Part shown: piece by piece, positions 1-8,398 of the stretch
Layout of the letters: each line of letters opens with the position of its first letter
How positions within the stretch are numbered: position 1 is the stretch's first letter
From: an uncultured Burkholderiaceae bacterium
GTDB lineage: Bacteria; Pseudomonadota; Gammaproteobacteria; Burkholderiales; Burkholderiaceae_E
NCBI GenBank assembly: GCA_964488395.1
Contig: CAZAVT010000002.1
Location: 1 to 30,970 of the forward strand
Direction: 5' to 3'
DNA: 30,970 bases
Program-made: the position numbers and the translations under genes
Notes under the pieces: model-generated
The model's input: only the letters and a program-made list of their open reading frames with translations
The model's database searches: none
What the model was told of the DNA's origin: nothing

Positions 1-1
1 C

Positions 2-352
2 GTGATCGTCAACCTCTCCGGCGCTGGCGCTCGCATGAAGCGGGCCGATTACCTGTGCGCGGGAATGGCCAACGCTGCGATCGACTTCCTGACCGAGACC
101 TTGGGTGCGGCGGCACCCGCCGATGGCCTGCGCGTGATCGGAATCAGCCCAGGCCCGGTGGGCACCGAGCGCTATCGACGTATCGCCCAGAAGCGCATCG
201 AGGCCGGCGAACCGCCACGCCGCTACCCCTTCGGGCGAGTCGCCGAACCCGAAGAGATCGGCGAGCTGATCGCATTCTGCGCCTCGGACCGCTGCAGCTA
301 TGTGAGCGGTGCCGTGATCATGATCGACGGGGGGCTGTCGATCGCCCGCTGA
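2..352 (+). CDS. Short-chain dehydrogenase/reductase, C-terminal part (5' truncated by window), atypical active site
   Basis: SDR C-terminal motifs IVNLSG, ISPGPVGT, PFGRVAEPEEI and YVSGAVIMIDGG. The Tyr motif reads YLCAG instead of YxxxK. TGA at 350-352. Confidence 0.85.
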   Translation: MIVNLSGAGARMKRADYLCAGMANAAIDFLTETLGAAAPADGLRVIGISPGPVGTERYRRIAQKRIEAGEPPRRYPFGRVAEPEEIGELIAFCASDRCSYVSGAVIMIDGGLSIAR

Positions 353-402
353 CGCGAGACCCAGCCGCTCAACCCATTCGAACAACCACTGAGGGAGACA
401 CC

Positions 403-1380
403 ATGATGTTCAGGATCCACGCCCGCCGCTTCGGCCTCGCCGCGCTCGGCGCAATGCTCGCTGGCAGCCTCACGCTGGCTTCAGCGCAAGACTTCCCCAA
501 TCGACCGCTCAAGCTGATCGTGCCGTACTCGGCCGGATCGACGACCGATCTGATCGCGCGCATCGCGGCTCAGGAGCTTGGTGAACGGCTCAAGCAACCT
601 GTGGCGGTCGAAAACCGCACGGGCGCAGGCGCCACGGTGGGCGTGAGTTCGCTCAAGGCCTCGCCCAAGGATGGCTACACGATCGGTCTCATTGCCTCGG
701 GCAATGTGATCGCGCCCTGGCTCAGCAAGGATGTCCCCTTCGACGTCCGCAAAGACTTCATCTCGCTCAGCATGTTGTGGGGCGGCCCCTATCTGCTGAA
801 CGTGCCACCCTCCTTTCCTGCGAACAATGTGGCCGAGTTTCTCGCCGAGGCCAAAAAGCGCGCCAAGCCCATGCTCTACGGCTCCTCGGGCACTGGAACG
901 ACCACCCATCTGGCGGGTGAGTTGCTCAAGCAGATGACGGGCATCCCGATGACCCATGTGCCTTATCGTGGCTCACCCCAGGTTGTCGCTGGTCTGATGT
1001 CAGGCGACATCGATTTCTATTTCGATCTCTATGGCACCAGCAAGCCGCTGATTGATGCCAACAAGATTAAGTCGCTTGGCATTTCCAGCCTGCAACCGCT
1101 ACCGATCATGCCTGACATGCCGACGATTGACCGCACCCTCAAGAGCTTCGAGGTACTAGCCTGGACCGGCTTCGCGCTGCCCGAGGGCACTCCGCGCGCG
1201 ATCGTCGACAAGCTCGGGGCTGAGATCCGCGCGGCGCTCAACAAGCCAGAGGTCCATACCAAGATCGCTGCCTTCGGCGTTCAGCCTGGCGGAAACAGCC
1301 CGGCTGAATTCAGCGCCTTCGTCAACGCCGAATACGACAAGTGGGGCCGCATCATCGAAGCCGCCGGCCTCAAACCCTGA
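403..1380 (+). CDS. Bug/TctC tripartite tricarboxylate transporter substrate-binding protein (Bug 1)
   Basis: Signal peptide ending ASA-QDFP, then RPLKLIVPYSAGSTTD, VENRTGAG, DGYT, HVPYRG and C-terminal W..IIEAAGLKP. GAGGGAG RBS precedes ATG 403. The ORF-track start at 55 is a spurious extension. Confidence 0.95.
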   Translation: MMFRIHARRFGLAALGAMLAGSLTLASAQDFPNRPLKLIVPYSAGSTTDLIARIAAQELGERLKQPVAVENRTGAGATVGVSSLKASPKDGYTIGLIASGNVIAPWLSKDVPFDVRKDFISLSMLWGGPYLLNVPPSFPANNVAEFLAEAKKRAKPMLYGSSGTGTTTHLAGELLKQMTGIPMTHVPYRGSPQVVAGLMSGDIDFYFDLYGTSKPLIDANKIKSLGISSLQPLPIMPDMPTIDRTLKSFEVLAWTGFALPEGTPRAIVDKLGAEIRAALNKPEVHTKIAAFGVQPGGNSPAEFSAFVNAEYDKWGRIIEAAGLKP

Positions 1381-1442
1381 TGGCCTGCGGATTGCGACCT
1401 GCCCGCTTGACGATGACCTCCAACCCCTCATAGCGAGACCCC

Positions 1443-2375
1443 ATGAGCCATTCCGCCCCGTTCGGCGCGCACGCGGTGCGCCTGAAGTACCCTGGACTGC
1501 GTTCCGGCCTGATCGTACCCGGTCACCAGTACGACAAACTCGAAAAAGCCAGCCGTTGCCGCGGCGATGTCATGCACATCGAGCTCGAGGATGGCGTTCC
1601 CGACGACCGTAAGGACGAGGCCAGGACAACGACCACACGGGCGCTCACCGAGCTGGACTGGACCGGTAAGCTCACCCTGGTGCGCGTCAACTGCGTGGAA
1701 AGCGGGTTTCTCGAAGACGATATCGACGTGGTCGCAGCCGGACGGCCGACGGCCTTCCTGCTCGCCAAGGCCCAGGGACCCGAAGATATCAAGTACCTGG
1801 ATCACCTCATCAGTCGGGCGGAGCGTCAGCGCGGTCTCGCGCACGGCACCATCGGGATCGCCTCGATGATCGAACGAGCGCGTGCGCTCCAGCGCATCGA
1901 TGAGATCGCCACGGCGAGCCCTCGCATGATGGCGCTCTACACCGGCGCAACCGACCTTAGCACCGAGGTCGGCTACCGCCGCACCTACAAGGGACAGGAG
2001 CTCGAGGTCGGCTGGGCACGGTCGAGAATCGTCTTTGCCGCGCACTGCGCTGGGCTGCTCGCGATCGATTCGCCCACAACCTACTACAAGGACCTCGAGG
2101 ACTCCTACGTGCAGGCCAAATGGGCATATCACCTGGGTTTCGAAGCCAAGACCTGCGTGTCGCCCCGGCAGATCGACGCAGTCAATCGCGGCTTCACCCC
2201 AAGCCCGGATGATGTGGCCTGGGCCAAGAAGATCTTCGAGGGCAAGGTCGAGGCCGAGGCCAAGGGCCTCTCGGTCTGGGTAAGCGATGGCATGATGGTC
2301 GACGAGGCCTTCATCGCCCGGGCTGGTCAGATCCTCGCCCTGCACGAGAAGAGCCTGTCCGATCCACCCGCCTGA
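1443..2375 (+). CDS. CitE / malyl-CoA lyase-like protein (HpcH/HpaI aldolase-citrate lyase family)
   Basis: ELEDGVP..RKDEAR, LVRVN, MIE, GATDL, AIDS, GFEAK..SPRQI and C-terminal GMMVD lid motif. Confidence 0.88.
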   Translation: MSHSAPFGAHAVRLKYPGLRSGLIVPGHQYDKLEKASRCRGDVMHIELEDGVPDDRKDEARTTTTRALTELDWTGKLTLVRVNCVESGFLEDDIDVVAAGRPTAFLLAKAQGPEDIKYLDHLISRAERQRGLAHGTIGIASMIERARALQRIDEIATASPRMMALYTGATDLSTEVGYRRTYKGQELEVGWARSRIVFAAHCAGLLAIDSPTTYYKDLEDSYVQAKWAYHLGFEAKTCVSPRQIDAVNRGFTPSPDDVAWAKKIFEGKVEAEAKGLSVWVSDGMMVDEAFIARAGQILALHEKSLSDPPA

Positions 2376-2417
2376 GCGATCAGCACCCCTTCGATCAACC
2401 GTCCAGGGAGTTTCAAC

Positions 2418-2897
2418 ATGAATGAGCAAGTCAACCGTCCGGCAGCGGGCGGCTTCACCCCCGTGGAGCCCACGGAAGCGGCCGAGCTGCTGAAGTCCTT
2501 CGTCAAGGACACGCAGATCGTTCCAGGCCGTCGGCGCTTCTTCCAGTACCGTGATCTCGGCGTCGAGAGAGCCAGCAAAGGCCGGATGCGGGCCAATATC
2601 TCCAGTTCGATCGAGGGCATGCTCGAGTCCACTGGCTGGCACTATCACATCTGCGACATGCAGTTTGTGTACGTGATGCGCGGCGAAGTCAAGATCGAGT
2701 TCGAGGATGGTACGGTCGCCACCTTTGGTCCGGGCGATGCGATGTTCATCCCGGGCGGCACGCGTCACAACGAGGTCTATGTGTCTGAAGACAAGATCTC
2801 GCTGGAGGTCTGTCTGCCGGCTCAGATGGGAACGGTCGCCTGCGAACGCCCAGCGCATCTGCCGGAGCAGTTGACCCCGGTCAGCAATAACGCCTGA
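2418..2897 (+). CDS. Cupin domain protein
   Basis: Cupin motif 1 GWHYH...QFVYVMRG and motif 2 GDAMFIPGGTRHN. AGGGAG RBS upstream. Confidence 0.85.
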   Translation: MNEQVNRPAAGGFTPVEPTEAAELLKSFVKDTQIVPGRRRFFQYRDLGVERASKGRMRANISSSIEGMLESTGWHYHICDMQFVYVMRGEVKIEFEDGTVATFGPGDAMFIPGGTRHNEVYVSEDKISLEVCLPAQMGTVACERPAHLPEQLTPVSNNA

Positions 2898-2901
2898 TCC
2901 T

Positions 2902-3729
2902 GTGAGGACCGAGCGTAGTCGCGTCGCGGGTGCCGACGCGGCGCAAGAGGCGATTCCGCTTTACCTGCGCGTTGCGTCGGCGCTGCGCGGTCAGATCTTC
3001 TCCGGTCAGTGGTCTGTCGGAGAACGGTTGCCGCCCTTTGAGCGCTTGGCGACGGACTATGGCGTCGCGCTCAACACGATCCGCAAGGCCATCGAATTGC
3101 TGGCCGACGAGGGACTGGTCACGGCCGCACGCGGTCTCGGGACGCGTGTGCGAGCGCATGCCCCGGCTCACGAAGGACCGTCCTTGCGGGCGGCCATCTC
3201 CGACCCGCTCGAGCTCGCTACGGGTATCACGATCGACGTGCTCGAGTCGAAGACTGTCGATCAGCTCGCCGCCGAGCTCATGGAGCCCTACCGGCTCGCG
3301 CCGCGCTATCACCGCACTCTGAAGACCCACAGCCTGTCGGGGACGGCCTTTGCGTTGCTGGATATCTACGTCGATGCGGTGCTCTACGCGCGCTTTCCGA
3401 GACTCGCCGAGCGACGGCTCAAGCTCTCGCGGCTGCTGCGCGACCACGGCGATACCGAGATCATAGAGTCGCGCGAGGAGCTGACCGTGCAGCACGCAAC
3501 CCCGGCCATTGCGCAGCAGCTGCAATACCCCATCGCAGCACCGATCGTGCGGCTGCGGCGCTGGCGCTTGGCTGCGGATCGACGAGTCGTCTATGCCTGT
3601 GTCGCGAATTACCGCAGCGATCGGTTCGTTTTCGACATCACGCGCAGCCACCAGGGGGCCGATCACTTCGGTCAGCACATCATTCCGTCAGCGGGCTCAA
3701 CAACCCCGGATTCAACGAGGCGATCATGA
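2902..3729 (+). CDS. GntR family transcriptional regulator, HutC/UTRA subfamily
   Basis: PLYLRVASALRGQI...GERLP...LATDYGVALNTIRKAIELLADEGLV...GLGTRV wHTH, followed by a UTRA-like domain ending YRSDRF. GTG start is uncertain. Stop overlaps the next ATG (ATGA). Confidence 0.88.
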   Translation: MRTERSRVAGADAAQEAIPLYLRVASALRGQIFSGQWSVGERLPPFERLATDYGVALNTIRKAIELLADEGLVTAARGLGTRVRAHAPAHEGPSLRAAISDPLELATGITIDVLESKTVDQLAAELMEPYRLAPRYHRTLKTHSLSGTAFALLDIYVDAVLYARFPRLAERRLKLSRLLRDHGDTEIIESREELTVQHATPAIAQQLQYPIAAPIVRLRRWRLAADRRVVYACVANYRSDRFVFDITRSHQGADHFGQHIIPSAGSTTPDSTRRS

Positions 3730-4715
3730 TCGTGAACATCCGTCGTATCGAACTGCAGGCACTCGCCTTTGTTGCCGCGATCGCATCAACCGCTTTCGCC
3801 CCGACCATGGCTCAGTCACCGTCCTACCCCACGCGGGCGATCAAGCTGATTGTCCCCTTCGCACCGGGCAGCGCGGCCGATACGACCTCACGCTTCATCG
3901 CGACGCGGCTCGCTGATCGGGTCCGGCAGCCGGTCGTGGTCGAGAATCGGCCCGGCGCGGGTGCGGCGCTCGGGGTGAACGCACTCAAGACAGCAGCTGC
4001 TGACGGCTACACCATCGGCAACCTGGTATCGGCCAATGCCGCTCAGCCGTGGTTGAGCAAGGATGTCCCCTTTGACATCCGGACCGACTTCGCACCGATC
4101 GCGCTGATGTATTCGGGGCCCATGGTCATGACGGTGGCGAGCGGTTTTTCGGCGGGCAATGTTGCCGAGTTCCTGACCATGGCACGCAACAATCCAGGCC
4201 GATTGGCCGTCGGCTCAATCGGTATCGGCACGGCGACGCACCTGGCCGCCGAGTTATTGCGCCAGTCCGCCGGCATCGAGATCACGATCGTTCCCTTCAA
4301 GAGCGCGCCTGATCTGCATCGCGCGGCTGCAGCTGGCGAGATTGCGGCCTCCATCGACACCTATGCCTCGCCCAAGCCCCTGATCGATGGCGGACGACTG
4401 AGGGTCCTGGCCGTGACGAGTGCCCGCCGGATGGACCTGTTGCCCCAGGCACCGGCGATTGGCGAGACTCTGGCCGGCTTTGACATCGAATCGTGGACGG
4501 GCCTGGGTGCACCTCGTGATACGCCCGCGTCGGTCCTGGAGACCCTCGCCGCGCATCTGCAAGTGATCATGCGTACCCCAGAGTGGCTGGCGCTCCTCGA
4601 GAGCAATGGAGTTGCCGCTGGGAGCGGTACGCCCGCGCAATTCGGCGAGCGGATTACCCGCGACTACGAGAAATTCGGTCGTATCGCGCAGGGCGCGGGA
4701 CTCAAGCCTCAGTAA
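3726..4715 (+). CDS. Bug/TctC substrate-binding protein (Bug 2)
   Basis: YPTRAIKLIVPFAPGSAAD, VENRPGAG, DGYT and FGRIAQGAGLKPQ, with an N-terminal signal peptide. Confidence 0.95.
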   Translation: MIVNIRRIELQALAFVAAIASTAFAPTMAQSPSYPTRAIKLIVPFAPGSAADTTSRFIATRLADRVRQPVVVENRPGAGAALGVNALKTAAADGYTIGNLVSANAAQPWLSKDVPFDIRTDFAPIALMYSGPMVMTVASGFSAGNVAEFLTMARNNPGRLAVGSIGIGTATHLAAELLRQSAGIEITIVPFKSAPDLHRAAAAGEIAASIDTYASPKPLIDGGRLRVLAVTSARRMDLLPQAPAIGETLAGFDIESWTGLGAPRDTPASVLETLAAHLQVIMRTPEWLALLESNGVAAGSGTPAQFGERITRDYEKFGRIAQGAGLKPQ

Positions 4716-5491
4716 AGCGCCGTCACATCGGCACATTCGAGACGCGCTGCGCGGGCAAGCAGCGACAGGTCCGAGCCGACCAGCACGAAACGTACCCCCT
4801 GTTCGAGTCGACGACGCATCAATGCATGCTCGCGGATACCCCCCATCCCCGCAGCAAGTCGATGTGCCTGGCAGGCGGCGACGACAAGCCGATAGGCCTC
4901 GTCGACAAGCGGGTGGCCGAACTGCCCGTGAATGCCCAGACTTGCACAGAGATCATTGGTCCCGATCAAAAGGATATCGATTCCGGGCACCGCCGCGATC
5001 TCGGCAGCTGACTGGACCCCTGCGCTGGTTTCGATCATCGCGACGATCAAGGTGGCGGGGTTAAGCGTATTGACCAGGCGATCGATAGGTGGCGCCTGAT
5101 AACCAAACTGCGGCATGTTGCTTGAGATCGAGCGTCGTCCGACCGGCGGATACTTGAGACGGCTCACGATCTCGCGGGCCTCATCGGCGGACTCGACCTG
5201 GGGACAGACGATGCCGGTGGCACCGCCGTCGAGCAAGCGGGTGGCAAGTGCATACTCGCCGCGCGGGATTCGCACGAGCGGCGCGACACCGCTATCGAGC
5301 GACGCGGTTGCGATCTGCGAGGCCGTATCGATCGAAAATGGTCCGTGCTCGAGATCAATGAACAGCCAGTGATACCCAGCCGCCTGGGCCAGACGAACGA
5401 TCTCCGGGGTGCGCACGATCCGCACGCCCAGTCCGATGCACAGTTCATTGGCTGCCAGCCGTCGCGCGATGGGATGATCGACTGCATACAT
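4709..5491 (-). CDS. HpcH/HpaI family class II pyruvate aldolase
   Basis: FIDLEHG, LVRIP, LDGGATGIVCPQV, KYPPVGRRS, AMIET and IGTNDL. GGAG RBS upstream. 3' end overlaps Bug 2 by 7 nt (convergent). Confidence 0.92.
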   Translation of the reverse strand: MYAVDHPIARRLAANELCIGLGVRIVRTPEIVRLAQAAGYHWLFIDLEHGPFSIDTASQIATASLDSGVAPLVRIPRGEYALATRLLDGGATGIVCPQVESADEAREIVSRLKYPPVGRRSISSNMPQFGYQAPPIDRLVNTLNPATLIVAMIETSAGVQSAAEIAAVPGIDILLIGTNDLCASLGIHGQFGHPLVDEAYRLVVAACQAHRLAAGMGGIREHALMRRRLEQGVRFVLVGSDLSLLARAARLECADVTALY

Positions 5492-5603
5492 CGGAGGCTC
5501 CTATTGGAGAGAAGGTCAGACGGGGATGCGGACAAGCGCTTGAGGGCTGTGGGGCCCCATGTTAGATTGGATCGTCGATTGTTGACCACCCGGCGACCCT
5601 ACG

Positions 5604-6242
5604 ATGACCGCACCGCTTTCGGTTGATGCCGAGCGCGATCTGCTCCTCGTCATTGACGTACAGAACGACTTCTGCCCGGGCGGAGCGCTGGCAGTGCCTG
5701 ACGGCGACGCGGTGGTGCCGCTGATCAATCGCCTGTCGAAGCAGTTCCGGCAAGCCGTGCTCACTCAGGACTGGCATCCGCCTGGACACCACTCCTTTGC
5801 CAGCAGCCAGCCAGGCCGTGCGCCGTTTTCGACTCTGACGCTTCCTTACGGCGAACAGACGCTTTGGCCAGACCACTGCGTACAGGCGAGTGCCGGTGCG
5901 CAATTCCACCCCAAACTCGACGTGGGCTGCGCGCAACTGATCCTGCGCAAGGGCTTTCGGGCCGACATCGACTCCTACTCGGCCTTTTTCGAGAATGACC
6001 GCGAGACCGCCACCGGCTTGGCAGGCTACCTGCAGGAGCGGGGCATCAATCGGCTGGTGCTCGCCGGTCTGGCCACCGACTACTGCGTTGCTTATTCGGC
6101 GATCGATGCGGCCCGACTGGGCTTTGCAGTGAGCGTGGTCCTGCCCGCCTGCCGGGCGATCGACCTGGATGGCTCGCTCGCGGCGGCGCTCGCGCAGATG
6201 CAGTCGGCGGGTGTTCGCCTTGTGGCTATGCCCTCAAGCTGA
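5604..6242 (+). CDS. pncA: Nicotinamidase/pyrazinamidase
   Basis: VIDVQNDFCPGGALAV, TQDWHP..H.SF, LWPDHCVQ, RKG...DSYSAF and GLATDYCV. Intact Asp-Lys-Cys triad and metal ligands. Confidence 0.95.
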   Translation: MTAPLSVDAERDLLLVIDVQNDFCPGGALAVPDGDAVVPLINRLSKQFRQAVLTQDWHPPGHHSFASSQPGRAPFSTLTLPYGEQTLWPDHCVQASAGAQFHPKLDVGCAQLILRKGFRADIDSYSAFFENDRETATGLAGYLQERGINRLVLAGLATDYCVAYSAIDAARLGFAVSVVLPACRAIDLDGSLAAALAQMQSAGVRLVAMPSS

Positions 6243-6265
6243 GGGCTGGACCCACCCTCCGTCCC

Positions 6266-7003
6266 TTAAGTCGGGGGCCACTCCTCGATCGCCCGGATGA
6301 GCTCGGCTGCCCAAACCCGATAGGCTGCAGGGCCCGGGTGAAACCCGTCCTCGGCCATCGCATCGGGCTGATCGAGCGTGGGCAAGCCAACCCAGGCACA
6401 CCGATCACCATAGTTCCACGTCGAAAGCGTGCGCCGCAAGGCAAGGTTGAATTCGCAGGCGCGCAGCCCCAGCAATCCCCGCAGGGGCTGCGGTAGGGCT
6501 GTGAAGCGGCCGATCGGCGGTACGGCCGAAATCAGGACCCGCTTCACCTCATGGCGACCGCAGAGCAGCTCGATGAGCTCACGCTGCGCCTGCAGCCATT
6601 GCCCGACGCGCAGCGCGCCCGTCACGTCGTTCACGCCCAGGGACAGCACCGCGACATCGAAGGGCTGGGACGGCTCTAACTGGAGCCGCGCGATCAGCTT
6701 GCGCGTGTCATAGCCCGTTCTCGCGATCAACTGCCAGTCCAGGTCGAATCGATGGGCAAGCGCCTCCGTCAGCAGGCCCGCCAGTGCCTCGCGCTGGTCG
6801 AGCACGCCAACTCCGGCCGCGGCCGAGTCGCCGGCAATCAACAGCCGAAGGCGCGGACGCATCGAGCCTTCGCCGACTCGACCGCTTCGCGCCCCCTGCG
6901 GCTCGGGCAATCGTGGCGTCACGGCCCTTGTGTGGCGGGCCTGAAGCAAGAGAAGCGGAGCGAGCAGTGCCGACAGAAGCGCCAGTGGCCAACCCCCGAT
7001 CAA
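6266..7003 (-). CDS. SGNH/GDSL hydrolase family protein
   Basis: Block I IAGDSAAAGVG, block II ARTG, block III LGVNDV and block V EDGFHPG, after a hydrophobic N-terminus. Start placed at TTG 7003, which overlaps the upstream stop (TTGA). The ORF-track GTG at 7045 is an alternative. Confidence 0.88.
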   Translation of the reverse strand: MIGGWPLALLSALLAPLLLLQARHTRAVTPRLPEPQGARSGRVGEGSMRPRLRLLIAGDSAAAGVGVLDQREALAGLLTEALAHRFDLDWQLIARTGYDTRKLIARLQLEPSQPFDVAVLSLGVNDVTGALRVGQWLQAQRELIELLCGRHEVKRVLISAVPPIGRFTALPQPLRGLLGLRACEFNLALRRTLSTWNYGDRCAWVGLPTLDQPDAMAEDGFHPGPAAYRVWAAELIRAIEEWPPT

Positions 7004-7371
7004 CGCTTGCGCTCGCAGTCCGCATTGCCAAAACGGGCCATGCACAACTGAGACGCACAGGCGTTCATCATCGCATTTCGGCCGTTCTCATTGACATCGA
7101 CGATGGCCGTTTCCTGGTAGGGCCGGTACTCGGTGCGCATCACCTGCTTGCAGTTGCTCTGGGTGACGGCGCCCTGCTGAACGGTCGTGCACTGGGTCTC
7201 GCCGGTGGGCACCTGAACCGGACGGGTCCGCGTGACGAGCTGCGCCACGTTGACGACCGGATATTGTTGGTAGGCCTGGGGAGCGCATTCATTCTTGGCG
7301 CCCAGGTACTCGGGGGTAGCACAGGCAGCGAGCAACAGACTCGCCAGTGCAATGGTCAGGGGCAATCTCAT
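7000..7371 (-). CDS. Small Cys-rich lipoprotein of unknown function (123 aa)
   Basis: MRLPLTIALASLLLAAC signal peptide II with lipobox LAAC, GAGGAC RBS before ATG 7371, and six further Cys. Confidence 0.8.
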   Translation of the reverse strand: MRLPLTIALASLLLAACATPEYLGAKNECAPQAYQQYPVVNVAQLVTRTRPVQVPTGETQCTTVQQGAVTQSNCKQVMRTEYRPYQETAIVDVNENGRNAMMNACASQLCMARFGNADCERKR

Positions 7372-7420
7372 CGGGTCCTCGGTCGTCAATCGAGCAGTCG
7401 CTCGCGGATTGGGGAAGGCG

Positions 7421-8398
7421 TCACGCCATGGGTAAAGCGTCAATCAACTCGATCATCCTGCGACGCATCGCCTCATCGGGGAGAGCGCCACGAAGCGGTC
7501 CGAGATTGTCGGTCATATTGGCGGCCCGACTGGTGGCGGGCGTGATCGCCGTGACCACTGGGTGGCTCGCCACGAACTTCAGGAAAAACTGCGCCCAGGT
7601 ATTCGCGCCGATCTCCGCCGCCCAGTCCGGGAGCGGGCGCGAACCCACCCGCTTCCAGAGTCGAGTGCGTCCAAAAGGCGCATAAACCAGCACCGCAATC
7701 CCGCGATCGCGGGCGAGCGGCAGGATGGTCTTCTCGGCGTCGCGTCCATCGACTGCGTAGTCGGTGCCGATGAAGTCGACCACCTCGCTCCTCATGGCGG
7801 CAATCAGGTCCGCGTACTGATTCTCGAAGGTGGTGGTGATCCCGATATAACGCACCCGCCCCCGCTCCTTGTATTCACGCAGGATGGGCAACTGGGTGCG
7901 GATATCGCCCATGTTGTGAACCTGGATCAGATCGATCACCGGGCGCCCCACCCGCTTGAACGATGCTTCGATCTGGGCGCGCGCCTGCTGCGGATCAGCC
8001 GCGCCGCCACCGCGTGGCGCGACGTTGACCTTGGTAGCCCAGAAAAGCCGATCAGCCACGCCCAGTTCCTGAACCACGCGGCCCGCTGCCTCTTCCGAGG
8101 CGCCGTACTGCGGTGCCGTATCAAAGACTCGTCCGCCACCTGCAATCAAACTCTCGAAGACACCCTTGAGGGCCGCAAAATCCTCATTGCGTGCGACCTG
8201 GGCAAAGGTCGCGGAACTACCCAGCCCGATGATGGGCAGCCGCTCACCGGACTTTGGAATCGCCCGCGTGATCAATTCGCCCGCCGTCGCCGTCGGCGAC
8301 GAGGCAGGCGTGCTCGCTCGCAGGGCCGCAGGGGCAATCCCTGCGAGGCCGGCAGTGGCCATGGTCGCCTGCAGCAGAGTTCGGCGGGAAAAGCTCAT
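7421..8398 (-). CDS. Aldo-keto reductase with twin-arginine (Tat) signal peptide
   Basis: MSFSRRTLL...AALRA signal, IGLGS, and catalytic tetrad in FDTAPQYG (D,Y), ATKV (K) and IQVHN (H). Confidence 0.93.
   Translation of the reverse strand: MSFSRRTLLQATMATAGLAGIAPAALRASTPASSPTATAGELITRAIPKSGERLPIIGLGSSATFAQVARNEDFAALKGVFESLIAGGGRVFDTAPQYGASEEAAGRVVQELGVADRLFWATKVNVAPRGGGAADPQQARAQIEASFKRVGRPVIDLIQVHNMGDIRTQLPILREYKERGRVRYIGITTTFENQYADLIAAMRSEVVDFIGTDYAVDGRDAEKTILPLARDRGIAVLVYAPFGRTRLWKRVGSRPLPDWAAEIGANTWAQFFLKFVASHPVVTAITPATSRAANMTDNLGPLRGALPDEAMRRRMIELIDALPMA

Noticed and set aside
55-402. N-terminal extension of the Bug 1 ORF (441 aa)
   Set aside because: It overlaps the SDR in another frame. 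The RBS and signal peptide point to ATG 403.
1428-2858. 476-aa minus-strand ORF
   Set aside because: Antisense shadow of the CitE-like and cupin genes with no recognisable motifs. Long shadow ORFs are expected at high GC.
2418-2897. Cupin as a DMSP lyase linked to the AcuI-like gene
   Set aside because: The genes are 25 kb apart, only generic cupin motifs are present, and no other DMSP genes are visible.
6241-6259. GAGGG...CCCTC hairpin between convergent pncA and SGNH genes
   Set aside because: Short stem and no U-tract on either strand, so it cannot be supported as a terminator.
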